64,000 nucleotides of DNA from Paraspadella gotoi (taxonomy: Eukaryota > Animalia > Chaetognatha): the NCBI GenBank assembly GCA_051294375.1, contig CM119267.1, positions 13,814,832 to 13,878,831 of the forward strand, in the 5' to 3' direction. A program made the translations under genes and the position numbers. Each line of letters begins with the position of its first letter. Position 1 is the first letter of the stretch. Below the pieces are notes generated by a model. That model was not told the DNA's origin. It saw nothing but the letters and a program-made list of their open reading frames with translations, and made no database searches. Positions 48,311 to 62,128 of the stretch are shown here, piece after piece.

Positions 48311-49822
48311 GAGAGAAGTTTCATAAAATTCAAATGAGGGACGGAGGTCGAATCTACAACCTGGAGAAATCGTCTTTTGGTTGTTGCAAAAAAGAGGCTT
48401 TTTCGAGAAAGGTCTGCCGACGGACGGAAGCGGATAAAGGCCCTCAACGCTGATTTATGTCGCAAAGGGAAGTTGCCAAGGTTTAACGACTGTTTTTTAA
48501 TGTCTTTAGGAGGGAATATTGAGACGGGAACGAAACGAAAACCCAACACAAAACAACTCTCGTCAAACACTTAAACAGAAATCACAGTCTTTCCGCCTCA
48601 TTGAAAAATACCGGAATGTTCAAAATAGTACGATTCAATTAAAAAAAGTATTAAAAATCAATAAAAAGTCAATCCTGGCGGCTTCGTCGCGTTTTTTGGC
48701 CCTCCCACCCTCCCCCCCCCACATTCCTCCACCGTTTTTATTGCACAATGAACAAAATACAAAGGCTCCTTGTATTGTTACGCAACGCGACGCAGGACGA
48801 GGCACACAGTGCATTTCGGCTTCGACCACAAGCCGCCGCCCCGCCGGAGGGTAATTGGCCGGTAGCGCGGACGCGGTGCGAGAGCGCGCACTGACTCTAA
48901 AAGTGAAACGGAAACGACTCGACGGCGCGCGTTTCGATGGCCTCGACGACGCGGGCCGACCGTCCGCCGATCGCCCTGCCGCCGCGCCGGTGAAAACCGG
49001 TAGCGTTAAGGGGATGAAGAACGCTTTTCCTGCAGAACAAAACGATCGTCAAGGGAAAAAAGATGAGAAGGGAGGTTTTTTAAGGAAAGGTAAAGGGGGT
49101 AGGAGTGGATAGACATGGGTACATTGGGTAGGAAGATTAAACTGGGTAATGTGGCAATTGAGGAAAAAGAAAAGTTTAACGGGAAATAAAGATGGATAGG
49201 TGAGATTATTAATTAATTAATTTCTTCGTTTTGACGTATTTTTCATTAAATGTGGTATCCGAAAATTGTAAATGTTTACTATAAACTGCGAGTAAAAAAA
49301 AAACAATGAACAGAGAAAAGCAGAAAAAAAAGAATAGGCGTCTGATTAATATCACACTGCAAGCAGAAAATGAAAATAGAAAAGTAAATATGAAGTTTAA
49401 GGAACAAGGAAAGAAGTTTCTCGTCTCTTCCCTATTTTTTTCTAATTGTTTTCACGCGCGTCCTTGGTTCGCTGTAAGAGAGAGAGAGAGACAGGAGTTA
49501 GGCAGCGAGGCGTTACCGTCGTCTCTCGCGTGGTATTCGCTTCCGACGCCGTCCTCCACGTCCCTTAGCCCACAAGGTCGCGCTTACGCAGGTCGCGCCA
49601 CGTATGCAAGGACGTAAGAACTAGCGTCACGCAGGCTATTAAAAATTCGAGTCACGTCGACTGAGGCGCAGAAAAAGGATTTGCAGAAAAAAATTTTCAT
49701 TTTTCTCTCGAACTTTTGGATCGGAAAGAAAATGCGGATTGCGAAACTGTGAATTTTTCAAAGTCATAGCCTTTGGAGGAAATACTTTGAAGAAACGTGT
49801 GAGATCGATTAATTGAGGGTAG

Positions 49823-49876
<54 letters not shown>

Positions 49877-52248
49877 GAGAGAGGAGAGAGAGAGAGAGAG
49901 AGAGAGTGAGAGAGAGAGAGAGAGAGAACGAAATATATATTACAGATTTATAGAGAACAGAGAGTTTAGTATTTGATCGTTGATTATCCTCAGAATTGTT
50001 AAAGAGATAAAGACAGTTTGCTGACGATCTTGCCACAATTTTTTCCTCGAGCCTCAGGTTTCCAGTGACGACAAATAGAATCGCAATCGACAGATTTACT
50101 TCAGAACATAGGTCATAATGTATGTAGTCGGGAATTGTCTCAGTCAACCCGCCTATAAGCATGACACTTCAGTTGTGACCCTGTGCCCATTGAGTAAAGC
50201 CATCAGCTCATGACCACTAGGTACCGACATAATCCCAACCCGGAACCACCCTGCGGGAAGCGTAAGCCGCCTTGGGGTGCGGAAACCCTCAAGGCCTGGT
50301 TCCAAGTACAGGACCCGTTCAATGGCTGCTGAGGAATAAAAGTTACGCATAGTATTCTTCAGCCCACTTAGCGCCTTATCCACATGTATACTTTTTCTGT
50401 AGACTCTCCTTCTCACCGTGTCTCCCGATTCTTCAGGATGAAAAATGACGGTAATGAAGGGACGCGGAGTGAATTCCGACTACGACGACGAGACGCCTTC
50501 CCTCGCCCACTCTCAGGCTTCCTTCCTCCCGCCCCATTTTCTCCTTCGGCGCTAACCTCGCAGCCTCCCCACGCGGCGATGACGAACGCCTCCCCGGCGA
50601 CAGCGGCGTCGTTTCGACCACGCCCGTTCGACTGGAAAGACGACGACGCCGGGGAAGCGCCGGGAAGTCGTTCGGCGATCGGCGAACGCGAGGAATCTTA
50701 AAAGGCGGCGATGGTGAGAGAGGATCGAAGGGTTCTTCGATACATTGACAAAGTTGATGCCGAATCGACTAATTTAATTATAATTGACCTTATAATTCCT
50801 TTTTCTCTCCCCACACCTTTTTTTTGCAGTTGCCCCTTTCCAGACATCCTCCGCCTCTTTGGATAATCCCATCACAGCGCTCCAAACTCCCGTCCCTTCA
50901 CAGTGCCTCTTTCAGACCTGCCCTTGTCCAAGATCGCGCCCAATTCGGAATCCGTTCCAACGTTAAAAGAGGCTCCTGGATATAATAGTAATATATAACT
51001 AAGCGACAAACGAAGTGAAATAACAAATACGTAAAGAATCGGTTCAGCCACATAAAGCAACAAAAACACAAAATTAAAAATATAATAATAATAATAATAA
51101 CATTAACAAAAACAACAATAACAATAATAAAAAGAATAATAATTTGAGAAAACGCATTTGTGCAAAAACGGACGTAACCTCGAGTGCTCTATTTTTTTCT
51201 CTTCGGTTTGCCTTCCGTTAAAAAAAAAAAAAAAAACAAGTAAAAATATAAAGAAACAAAAAAAAAAAAAGAAAAATGAAATGAATAAAAAGGATACGAC
51301 TCCGCACGTTGGAAGATAAAATCGATCGTGACCGACTACGACGCTCTTTCGCTCCTTCAGCGACCCCCCTCCTCCCCCTTTTCCTCAACCCTCTCTTCGT
51401 CGTCGACGCGCGATAAGAAAAAAAAGGGCGAAAGACAAAAAAAAACAAAAAAAAAAACACAACATGACAGAAGGAAAAAATAACATAAACATAGAAACGA
51501 GGAGAGAAAAAAAAACGAAAGAAAAAAATCGCCTCGTCGACGGCTAACGCGACGAGGGCGCGTGGCGAGCGCGTTCATCGAATCCTTTCCCCCCACTGCG
51601 GCGGGCGGCGTCGGACGCCGCGAGTCGACCCTACGCCTCCCGCAGCTTCGCCCCGGTGCCGGCTTTTTCTCTGGTTTCACGATGCAATTAAGTAAATGAC
51701 TGGTCGAAGGATTTTCGGTGCTAATTAGAGTCCGCGTGCCGTCGAGAATAAAGTTAGACTTTGTTCTATCGATCAGAAAAAAAATCTCTCTTTCATTTTT
51801 CAATACTAACTCACACCTATCTCTCTCTCTCTCTCTCTCCCCTCCTCCCTCGAAGATCTTTTTGTCATCCGCAACTCTAACCGCACATTGAAAACTACAA
51901 AAACACGTCCTTCCCTTTTATTCTCTCTCGCTCTTCTCTATTCCTCGACTCAAAAGAAAAGACGCGTCACTCTCTCTCTCCTCTCGTTTCAGGCGATTTC
52001 AACCTAAAGCCTGCTCACGCCACGTCCATCATGTAAAAATCTAAGAAAAGGATGGCGTTACGAGGAGAGGTGCTGTTTGGCGAACGGAAAACCCCCACCC
52101 CTTTGACGAGCGAGAGAGAGGGAGTGCTTAAAAAAAATATATAAAAAAACTGCGAGAGAGAGTGAGAGAGACCCCAAAAGCGAGAAGAGGCGCAGGCACT
52201 GTAATGGGGCTACAGGCTCGCGCTGCGTCTTGCGCCTTCGACGTCAAC

Positions 52249-55200
52249 ATCTAAAGCTGCGGACCCGAGGCGCAAAGATCAAAGATCGGTTCAAACTCGA
52301 TGGCAATCTCTACTTTGCATCATTGGATTCACTGCTAATACGGTAGGCCAGAAACACAATGAAAAATAACGTGGCGAAACGGTCTCGTGCTGATTTTGTC
52401 CCTTTTAAAATTGTTTCTGAGCCAAATTAATTGATTTTTACTTTTGGTAATATGTGCGATATACACTATTCGACATTACTGTGTCTGTCATAACCCTTGA
52501 CCATCCAACAAAAAGCTAACTAGATGAAGCAATATAGCTCGAAATGCTTACAAAATTTTTAGACCATTGCTTTTATAAATGGAAAAGAATATTATATTAT
52601 TAAGACAAACTTTAACGATAACTTAATAGTTAACCGAAACCAAGATGAATATTTTTTACCATCATTTACTCAATTTATATAATCATTAGCTTGTAATTAG
52701 TCAATTATCTAATAACTATGACAAATTCATTTTATTTTTTTTTTTTTATGAATAGAAGTTTTCTCTGCTACTCCGCTTGTGTCATAATATCTAATATTTT
52801 AGTGGTATATTCAAAAACCTTATATAATTACTATATTTTTCACTTTTTTTCAATTCTCAAATAAAAACAACATCATAAAAACATTTTAAATTAATAAAAA
52901 AATTGATTGAATGATTTTGAAAAAAAATATTTGAAACTTGAGAATATTGGATTTCAGTTAGGAAAACATTTGCAATTCTAAAAAAATTAGCCTCTACCTT
53001 TCAATTTTTCTAGAGGCTGATTTTTTTTTTTGATATTTTGATTTTCTATACAAAACCATTATTCTCAAATGAGCATAGGTCGGACGAACTTTTTTTTTCA
53101 AAACAATTGAAAAAATTTCAAAACTTTTCTAATTAAGCTTTGTTGGGGACGATAAATAATATATAATAATATAAGATGGGTACATCTGAAAGTGATATGT
53201 TTCAAAAGGATGAAAAAAATTTTTTCAAATTTATTTTGAAATTTAAGTATTGTACACTTTACCACTTACCGCTTTGCCAAAAAAAATTTTTAACAAAGAT
53301 TTGTACTGCGTAGTTTAAAAAAAATTTATTTTTAAAATAACTTTGAAGAAAAGAGGTAGCAAGATGGGGGTGGTATCAAATTAAAGCCCTAATCATGGGA
53401 CACCTTTATAAAAAAGTTTTATTAAATAAATCCATAAATCTTTACACAGCTTCTGTTTAAATCAGAGTTTAAAAGTATAACAGTTTTTTTACTAAAAATT
53501 TCAATGCATTTGAATTTTTTTCTTTTTCTTTTGTAATTGAAAAGGAAAGAATGAAATTACATTTTATTACTATTAAATTTTCTTTATTCCATACAATTGC
53601 TTATATTTTTCAGTAAAGTAAAAAACCAAGCAAAATTTATGTTGTAGCTTTGATAAAATGTCTTTTTAAATATGAAAATGATAAATACAAAAATGTTTTC
53701 AGCTGATATAAACAGTCTGGACGTCTACCTTCTTGTCTGTAAAAAATCGGTTATTTTCATTATCTTTTAACTGCAAACAAAAAGCTTGACACACTGTTTA
53801 TTTATCATAATAAAGTTTTTAAAAATTACATCGCTGGCAACATATTTGGACAAAGCAAGACATTATATTAAATTGTATGATAATTTTTCTTTTAAATATA
53901 GGGCAAGGAATTTAATTCTATTATTTATCATACCATTTTTATTAAGAAAAAATATTTATCGCTAATAGCCCATTGGAAAGGGTTCATTGACTGACTTAAT
54001 GATCGAATTTTTTATGTTCCTTACAGCCCCCAATTCACAAGATATAAAAGGTCATGATTCATGTCAGTATGTCCAGATTATCTGTATCCTTTCTGCAACC
54101 TGCATTCCGATTTTCTTTTTTTCCTTTCAAATGTATTAAATAAAAAAATTATTTGAGAACAATCGGCGTGGAGGATGCCATTGGTAAGCCCGATAGAATT
54201 TTTACATGAGGTTTTTTCCATCTATTTGAGACATTTGTATTTGAGACAACTATTGGTACTTAATTTTTAAAAATTTTTTTCTATTACAATTCATGATAAA
54301 TATGAATAAGTAACTTTTTAAATAAATTTATCATCTTTCACCCTATATTCAGTCATATATAAAAACAAAAAAGATTTTTCATGATATTTTGTATTATCAA
54401 ACATATGAAACTATAACGTTTCGAAAAATAAAAGAAATATAATAATATTGAACAGTGATTTTTTTTTATGCACGGAACAGTAACGTTACGCCCATTTTTG
54501 CATTTGTCTTAAAGGAATTTTTTTTGGGTTAAATTAATCATATTCATTATTTTTACTAGACGAACATCTGGAAATTTCCCCTACTTGATGTACACTCACG
54601 GCGGCGTGGTCTTCCTCATCCCGTTCCTCGCCATGACTCTCCTGGTGGGCCTGCCCATCTATTACCTGGAACTGATGCATCGGGCAGTACTCCGGCTACG
54701 GGCCCAATGACATTTGGAACTGCATACCGATCGCCAGCGCATCGCCAAACGCCATGTGCGGTCTCTGGCATAATCTTGGCCCTTTACCAGAAACGTCATC
54801 TTGGCCTATTCGTTGCTCTACGATTCGCTTCGGTCAGGACCCGTTCCGTGGATGAGTTGCGACAACTACTGGAACACAAACAGCTGCGTCCCGATAACTC
54901 GGCTCAAGTCAAAACTCGCACGCATATCAGTATCACCAGGCCCAGCCAATTCGCCTCATTAGGGACCTTTTCGAGCGGGACGCCGGTCGGTGGCCTATCC
55001 ATTACCGAACGGCTCGCCGTTTGGCTATTCGAACCCACGACATATGCCAGACTTGGGCGCCGCCGCTCACCCGCCGCCGCCGCCGTGCGACGGCTGTCGC
55101 CACCGACCACCTCTATCAGAACGTGAGCGCGTTTACCGCAATCACCGCGGGAAGATCCGACGCCACGCTTGTTTCTGCATGATCGATCCGAAAAAATGCG

Positions 55201-55261
55201 ACCCGCGGTGTATAACGTATTGCACAAATGCTCAGGAACTCACCAAGCCGTGCCTATGCAG
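52249..55261 (+). pseudogene. Inverted, frameshifted copy of SLC6 exons 1-2 (52249-52342, 54560-55261); likely artefactual
   Basis: The signals ...actgctaatacg|gtagg, ttttactag|acgaacatctgg and tgcag|gtgatt are retained, but there are multiple indels. Confidence 0.7.
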
Positions 55262-56432
55262 GTGATTTTTTTTTAAATAATACGTCCTCTCTACTTACGG
55301 TTTTCTTGATTAAATTGTCACGGCTCGAAAGCTTGGCGCTTATTTTTTTTTATCTCGCCAGACGGGCGAATGCCCGACTTGGCGAGATTTAATTCGTTCT
55401 GCTTCTTTTTGACCGTAGTCGTTGTTATCATCTCATCGCACGCTGTTTTTACATTGAAAATAGCTCAAGTGTATAACCATAAGAAGCTGAAAATTTAGAT
55501 AAGGCTACTCATCATGAGGTCTTTTAAATTGTTATATTCAATTCCTACACTCATATATTTATGTTTTATTTACAAAACAATTTTATATAGATAGACTAGT
55601 TCAACTTTGCAGCGGCTGTCCAGTTTCTCTTTTTTTCTCTCTCTCTCTTTTAATTATATGAAATTGGTACCACCAATATAAAAATTATATATTTATTTAA
55701 TAAATAAGCTATCTTGCTCTGACTTTGGACAAGCTTTGGTGGTTTTAGGCTCCATCACTCTTACAAGAATAATGACAGAGCAGGTCTCTGCAAGCTTTCA
55801 ATCAAAAATTATTTTTTTGCATAACTTTTAAAAGAAAAAAGATAGGAGGTGGCAAGGTATCAAATTAAAGCCCTAATTATGGGACACCTTTCTGAACTAG
55901 TTTCTATAAATTTTATTTCAAAAATGTTAAGACAGGATTTGTTTAAAACCTAGTTAAAAGTATAACAGTTTTCGGAGTTAAAAATTTTAATGAAGGCATT
56001 GAATTTTTTTGTTATTCATTCGGATTTGGAAAAAGGAAAGACTGAATTACATTTGATTACCAATAAAGCTTTTTTTTTACTAAATAAATTTTTATGTATT
56101 TTTAGTTAAGTAAAAAACAATCAAAAATACATATAGAAGCATGATAAAATATTATTTTAAATATGTAAAATTATAAATTAAAAGTTATTTCAGTTTAATA
56201 TAAAAAGTTGGATGTCTACCTTTTTTTCTGTGGAAAAAAAATATTCATTTTCATTATGTTTAACTGAACAAAAAGCTTGACCCACTGTTGTTTATCATAT
56301 TATAATTTTAAATAGATAGAAATACAAAACATATATTTTTTAAATTTTATTTAAGCTTTTATCATTTATTTTTTATATAAAACATCTAATATTTCTTATA
56401 TGGAGCAAAAGCTTTTACTTCTTTAAAGATTT

Positions 56433-57481
56433 GAGAGAGAAAGATAGAGAGAGATGATGTTCGGTTGTTCTGAATCTGATGAATGACAATCACGTGACGA
56501 TCACGTGAACCCTCGCGAGCACGGAATGATCTTGAGACGAGAGTCCGCTGGGGGAGGGGGCGGAAGAGGAAGAAAAGGAGGAAGAAGATGCGAAAGAGGA
56601 GATGAAGAGAGAGGGAGGAGGAGGCGAACGAAGGAGACGCGTTAGAGAAGCGGCAAAAAGGAAACGAAAAGTCGGTGAGAGAGAGAAAAAAAAAAAAAGA
56701 ACCTGAAAAATAGGCTCGAAATCGAGAGACGAAGATAGCGATGATATGGCGCAAGCCTTTTTTTTTTCCGCGTGGCGCAGGGAATTTGGTTTGACGACGA
56801 AGATTAACGGTCGAAAACGAGGCTCATTAGTGACGAGCGAATTTCGATTGCAGTTACGGAAATTGGTTTCTGAAAATTTGTGTTTTCTTACACATTTTTG
56901 AACCAACGTTCGCGCATGCGCGGGGGGTTTCTTGATGTTAAAAGCGTAGAGCTCTGAATCCTATCTCTCTCGGGGCGATGCGAAAGTCATTGTCGCTGGC
57001 CTCTCACTTCCCTAAATTACCGCTCGATTGGGAAATCGAAGAACTAACGAAACTCTTCGGGAGCCGTAAAACCGGCGCCCCCCCCCATGCAATCACTGTC
57101 CGTAAAACCGGCGCCCCCCCCCATACAATCACTGTCCGTTGATTGGCTACGTTACATACTGAACAAGCGACCTCGGGTTCAAGGCTGAATTTAGTGCGGA
57201 TTACTTGGGAGTGGGGAATGAATTTGGTAGTTTTGATCTGGGGGAGGAAATATTCTAGTTTCTTAACGTGATGGTTGTGTAATGTATAATGATTGCGGCC
57301 ACAAGACGTCAGATTTGGGGCTTTTAGAGTGCAACAATGGAATAGTCATTTTGACTGTGTTTTATATGGATTTTGAATTATTCATTAAATTCAAGAAAAT
57401 TAGCGCTCATTAAATCAATAAAAAAAAAATATATTAAGTACAACATACGTTTGTGAAAGTCAATCGGATTTTTATCGTTTC

Positions 57482-57563
<82 letters not shown>

Positions 57564-58984
57564 TCCCCCCTTCTCTTTCGCTTTTATGTTTCTGTCTTTG
57601 GTTTGCCTCGACGCGTGTTTCCGCGTCTCGCGCTGTATATTAATGATTTGGCGCGAAAGCAAAAGAGTCACCGCCGGCGAGACTCCGAACCGGGTAGGAG
57701 TAATTTGTCTCGGAGAAACGGAAGGTGGGTCGTGGAGAGTGAGGGTGTACGGTGGTGGAGGGGTAAATAATGGGGTGAGGACTTTTTACAAACATTGAGT
57801 TGGTGAAAGAGAGAGTGAGGGAAGAGAGAGGGAAAAGAGATAGAGAGAGAGAGAGATATTGAGAGAGAGTGAGTTTCAAACAAAGAATTGAGAAAGGACA
57901 GTGGTCAGATTTGAAAGACAGTTGAGGGTGAGGACAGGGGAAGAAGAAAAATAGGCTAAGTTTGAAATTGGTGAAAGGTGAAAAGAGAGAGATTGAGAGA
58001 GAGAGAGAGAGCTAAAATCGGCTATTGCCGAGCATTCGGCATCTTCTGGCCATCTGTTTAGGGAGACCGACAGCCTCGTGCTGTCCCATGACCAGAACTG
58101 GTTCTCAAGAGGTATTAGAGAGGCAATTTACATCAAAGCCCTCGAGCCCTCTTTGAACCGTGATGGAGGACGATTCGATCTCCCTCCAAGCTATGATTCA
58201 CTTCTAAAGTTGGTGATGGAACGCCCAACGCCGCCCCAACCGCACAATGATTCCCCTGTCCCCACCCAACGGGTCAGGAGGAGGCTTCCCAGCAGACATT
58301 GGACGTCCAATGTCCAATGTCCAAACAATACAAAAAGCAAAGTAAAGCAAAGCAAAGCAAAGCTAAGCAAATTTCTAGAGAAAGTAAAGGGAAAATGCTC
58401 ATAGTAGCGAAAGTAAGAAAGTAATCCTTTTAGTAGGAAGGAAAAGTTAAATAGAGGGAAAAAAATTTGAAAAAAAAATTGTACAATTTCAGGGGTTAAG
58501 TAAATCACATTTACAAAAAAGTTGTTGAAAACTTCGCGACTGAAAACTCGTCGAGGAAACGAACGCCCGCGGAAGAAAATAACGACTCTGGAGAAAACTA
58601 AGTCTCGAAGTTTCACTTTGATGCTGCGATGTTGTGATGCTGTGATGGTGCGATGATTGGTTGGATAAAAGATATATTAGATTCTCTGAACGTTTTTTTT
58701 TTCATTATTATGTCAGGTTTTATTAAAAAAATTTTTGGACCGAAACCAATAGCGAACAGACAGAGTGACAGTTTCTCAAGGACAGATTGACCCAAACGGA
58801 GAGAAAAGCCGAAAAGAAAACCCGTTGAGATGCAGTTGCGCCTCATCTAAAAAAAACTAAAGAATCCGGTCGCACTGAGGCGCAGTCTTCAAAGTGCATC
58901 ATTTATCGCCACCCACAACAAAAGCGGAAAACAGTTTTTTTTTAAACTACCGACTTGTACTAGAAAAGGTAGAGTTGAAAGAGC

Positions 58985-59020
<36 letters not shown>

Positions 59021-60650
59021 GAGAGAGAGAGAGAGATTGAGCCGCAGTGGGGCCGTGAATGCATTTGAATGAATGAGGACAAAGACGTCGGGGGGAAAAA
59101 GAGTGGAGCGAGACCGACAAAGTGGGAGGGACCTAAAGCGATAAAGCTGGAGGAAGAAGGGGGGTGGCACAGGAGAAAAGAACGACACTGTGGTAAGAAC
59201 AGCGTGAAAAACCAGTTTTGACTTTTGTAGCTGTTTTCTCCCACTCGATGCTGTTTACTAAATGATAAAATGATAATAATAAAATGATAAATGCAATTTT
59301 TTTAATTTTTAGATCGAATTTGGATTCTTTGTAAAAAGTTGATATAAGAAAGTAAAATTCTTTTTTAAAAGTTCTTTCATTAAGTTGGTCAAAATATAAA
59401 AAACTATATTTAAAAAGCTGATTTTTAATTTCCAGCTTAAAAATATAGTTTTTTGTAATTTTACCTACTTAATAATATAATTTTTGAAAAAAAATTATAT
59501 TTTCTTTTATCAACTTTTAATGAGGAAACTGAATCTACTCTTAGAATTTAAAACAAACCATTTTGAATTTTTGACATAATAACTACAGATTAGTATTTAA
59601 TAATATGATAATAGATAGTAGATAAACTAGATATAACTGCTAAATTTTGATTCCAAACTTTCACTTCACCCTACTGTTTACTGTTTCGAATTTTGTGGTT
59701 GAAAGCATTTCTTTGCTCTTTTGCGGTTGGTTACGATGCCAGCTCTGACTCGATTCTGCTTGATCACTGTCGTGGATATTGCACTCACTTTTTTAAAGTT
59801 GGGAGGGGGCGCGGAAGATCCAACCCCGACGCCTAGCGCCGCCTAGCGCCGCCTTCGTAACTATTTTTGAGTCGTAAGTGTCCGAGCGGCGGAGTCGGCG
59901 GCGGTGTTCGCCAGGTGAGGAAGGACTGAATAAATAATAAGCGCGTCGTGTACCCAATCGATTCGAATTCCCCCCCTCCGCCCCCATCCACACGGAAGGA
60001 AGTCTCCTGTTTGGTCGACTCACCAACGATAAAATATTAAATATTTTTTTTTTGTTGAATATTACAGAGTAAATAATTAATGTTAAGTCACCGTGATGCG
60101 GAATGAATGGTCAAACGATCGAAATACGCGAGCTTTGAGTGGGTAATCAACGCCGCACGGTTTAATTAGATTTGATCCGAACGTTCGTCCTTCCAACTTC
60201 CGGTTTACGCGAGTCACGTGACCGCGTCCGCGAAAGTTTTCGTAAGATGACGAAATTGGGTTTCGCGTTTGGCCTTCGAGGCGGCGGGTAGTGGGCGGTG
60301 GGTGAACTGTCCCCGCTGACCTCGGAAGCGGCACGAAATTCCGTCGTCAACGACTCTGCGACCTTCAACGCTGCCGCCACGCCGCTCCTGCAGCCGCCGC
60401 AGCGGTCAACGCTGCCGCTTTGTTCGAATGTCTCAAATGCGGAGAAGTTTCAAGTCCCGGTTTTCTGTGGCGGCGAACAAGTATTCGTTGAGAGAGAGAG
60501 AAGAGAAGAAGAGGAAATTCAGAAGGAGAAGAGAGGAAGGAAGAAGGAGAAGAACGAGAGGAAGAGGAGAGAAAGCGAAAGAGAGGGAGAGGAGGGAGAG
60601 AGGATGGCACGAGCCACATGACAGCGAGGGACGAGTGGAGGGGACGGAGT
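56433..60650 (+). repeat. Direct copy of ~22650-27563 with a few larger indel differences (possible second haplotype)
   Basis: Colinear with the original but lacks ~25105-25488 and the T-rich 23325-23392 segment, and has a shorter 25710-25850 segment. Confidence 0.88.
58015..58320 (+). mobile_element. Penelope-like element GIY-YIG C-terminal fragment (open frame)
   Basis: KSAIAEHSASSGHLFRETDSLVLSHDQNWFSRGIREAIYIKALEPSLNRDGGRFDLPPSYDSLLK matches the PLE endonuclease tail pattern SAxxEH...H...R.ikEAi.I....PsLNRDgG. It ends near a perfect 20-bp palindrome at 58295-58314. Confidence 0.82.
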
Positions 60651-60723
60651 CACGTCAACTTGTCTCGCGGTTGATGTGCCAGATGGCAGCAGAGTGTGCG
60701 AGAGAGAGAGAGAGAAGAGAGAG

Positions 60724-60780
<57 letters not shown>

Positions 60781-61289
60781 TAAAAAATCTTCTCTTTCCT
60801 TCTCAGTATCATTCCTTCTAACTTCTTATTCTATTGAATATATTTTATATTTATAATGAGAAAAAAGGCGAATGATAATATTTATTAAATTTAACTTTTT
60901 CGGGAGAGAAGCCAATATGTTCTTAATAATTGTTAATAGTTGTTTTTCTGAAAGTGTAAATTGATATGATTAATAAACTCGTGAATTCAAATATAACTGA
61001 TCTTCAATTGAACCAAACGTGTTCTGAATATAACAAGCTTCCATAAATATAAATCTACCTAAAGATTATTTATCTAAACATTGAATCAAACGTCGACGGG
61101 CAATCAGTGGCAGAACGACGATAGCGACGACGATAGCGATGACGATAGCGATGACGACGACGACGATGAAGAGGAGAAACGAAGACGAAAATGCGGTCCC
61201 GATGAAGACGATGACGTCATAGTCGCCGCCGGATGGAGCCACGCCCACTTCGAATGATTCTGTGCCGAACTCTGGTGACGAGTGACGCT

Positions 61290-61327
61290 CTTTCTATTTT
61301 CGTCTTTCTTACTTTCTTTCTTTCTTT

Positions 61328-61358
<31 letters not shown>

Positions 61359-61482
61359 TCTTGCTTGCTTGCCTGCTTGCTTGCTTGCTTGCTTTCTTTC
61401 TTTATTTCCTTCTTTCTTTCTTTCTTTCTTTCTTGCTTTTTTTATTTTCTCATTTTTTTCTTTTAACTTCCCTTTTTTCTTT

Positions 61483-61574
<92 letters not shown>

Positions 61575-61575
61575 A
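61290..61575. repeat. (TTGC)n/(TTTC)n tetranucleotide microsatellites
   Basis: Directly visible. (CTAT)n/(TTTC)n also occur at 62895-63015. Confidence 0.95.
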
Positions 61576-62079
61576 TTATGCTTTTTCGTTTATAAATCAA
61601 GTAACATAATATTTTGTAGGCGGTAGATCAGTGANNNNNNNNNNNNNNNNNNNNNNNNNNNNNNNNNNNNNNNNNNNNNNNNNNNNNNNNNNNNNNNNNN
61701 NNNNNNNNNNNNNNNNNNNNNNNNNNNNNNNNNNNNNNNNNNNNNNNNNNNNNNNNNNNNNNNNNNNNNNNNNNNNNNNNNNNNNNNNNNNNNNNNNNNN
61801 NNNNNNNNNNNNNNNNNNNNNNNNACAATGTCTCCCCTCCTTGGGCTGCCTTTGCCCCCTCCCGCCTCATTTCATTTAAATCCTCTGCCATTCTCCACAT
61901 TTCTATTTTCCTTTCATATTTCTACTTCTCACCTCACCTCTTTTCTCTTTCCCTACCTTTTCCTTATCCTTTGTTTCTTCTTTTTCTTTTGTTTATTTAT
62001 TGTCTTTTTGTTTTCCTGAAAACGAAAGAAATCGTCGAAATACCGAGAAACTACGAGGAATTCATATAAGAATTCATTA

Positions 62080-62128
62080 ATGGAGGCCTTAAACCACCAA
62101 AGCCTGTCCAAAGTCAGGGGCAAGATAA
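62080..62128 (+). mobile_element. Partial copy of the ~130-bp dispersed repeat
   Basis: atggaggccttaaaccaccaaagcctgtccaaagtcaggggcaagata. Confidence 0.75.

Larger units (their letters stand above)
44689..56432 (-). repeat. Inverted ~11.7-kb copy of 10679-~22640, a probable assembly artefact
   Basis: Reverse-complement colinearity. It ends at the same breakpoint (aaatctttaaagaag) as the direct copy. Confidence 0.92.

Noticed and set aside
31779-55261. SLC6 gene family expansion or true pseudogene cluster
   Set aside because: The copies include identical introns and flanks, lack exon 3, differ mainly by random indels and lie in gap-flanked blocks. Assembly redundancy explains them better.
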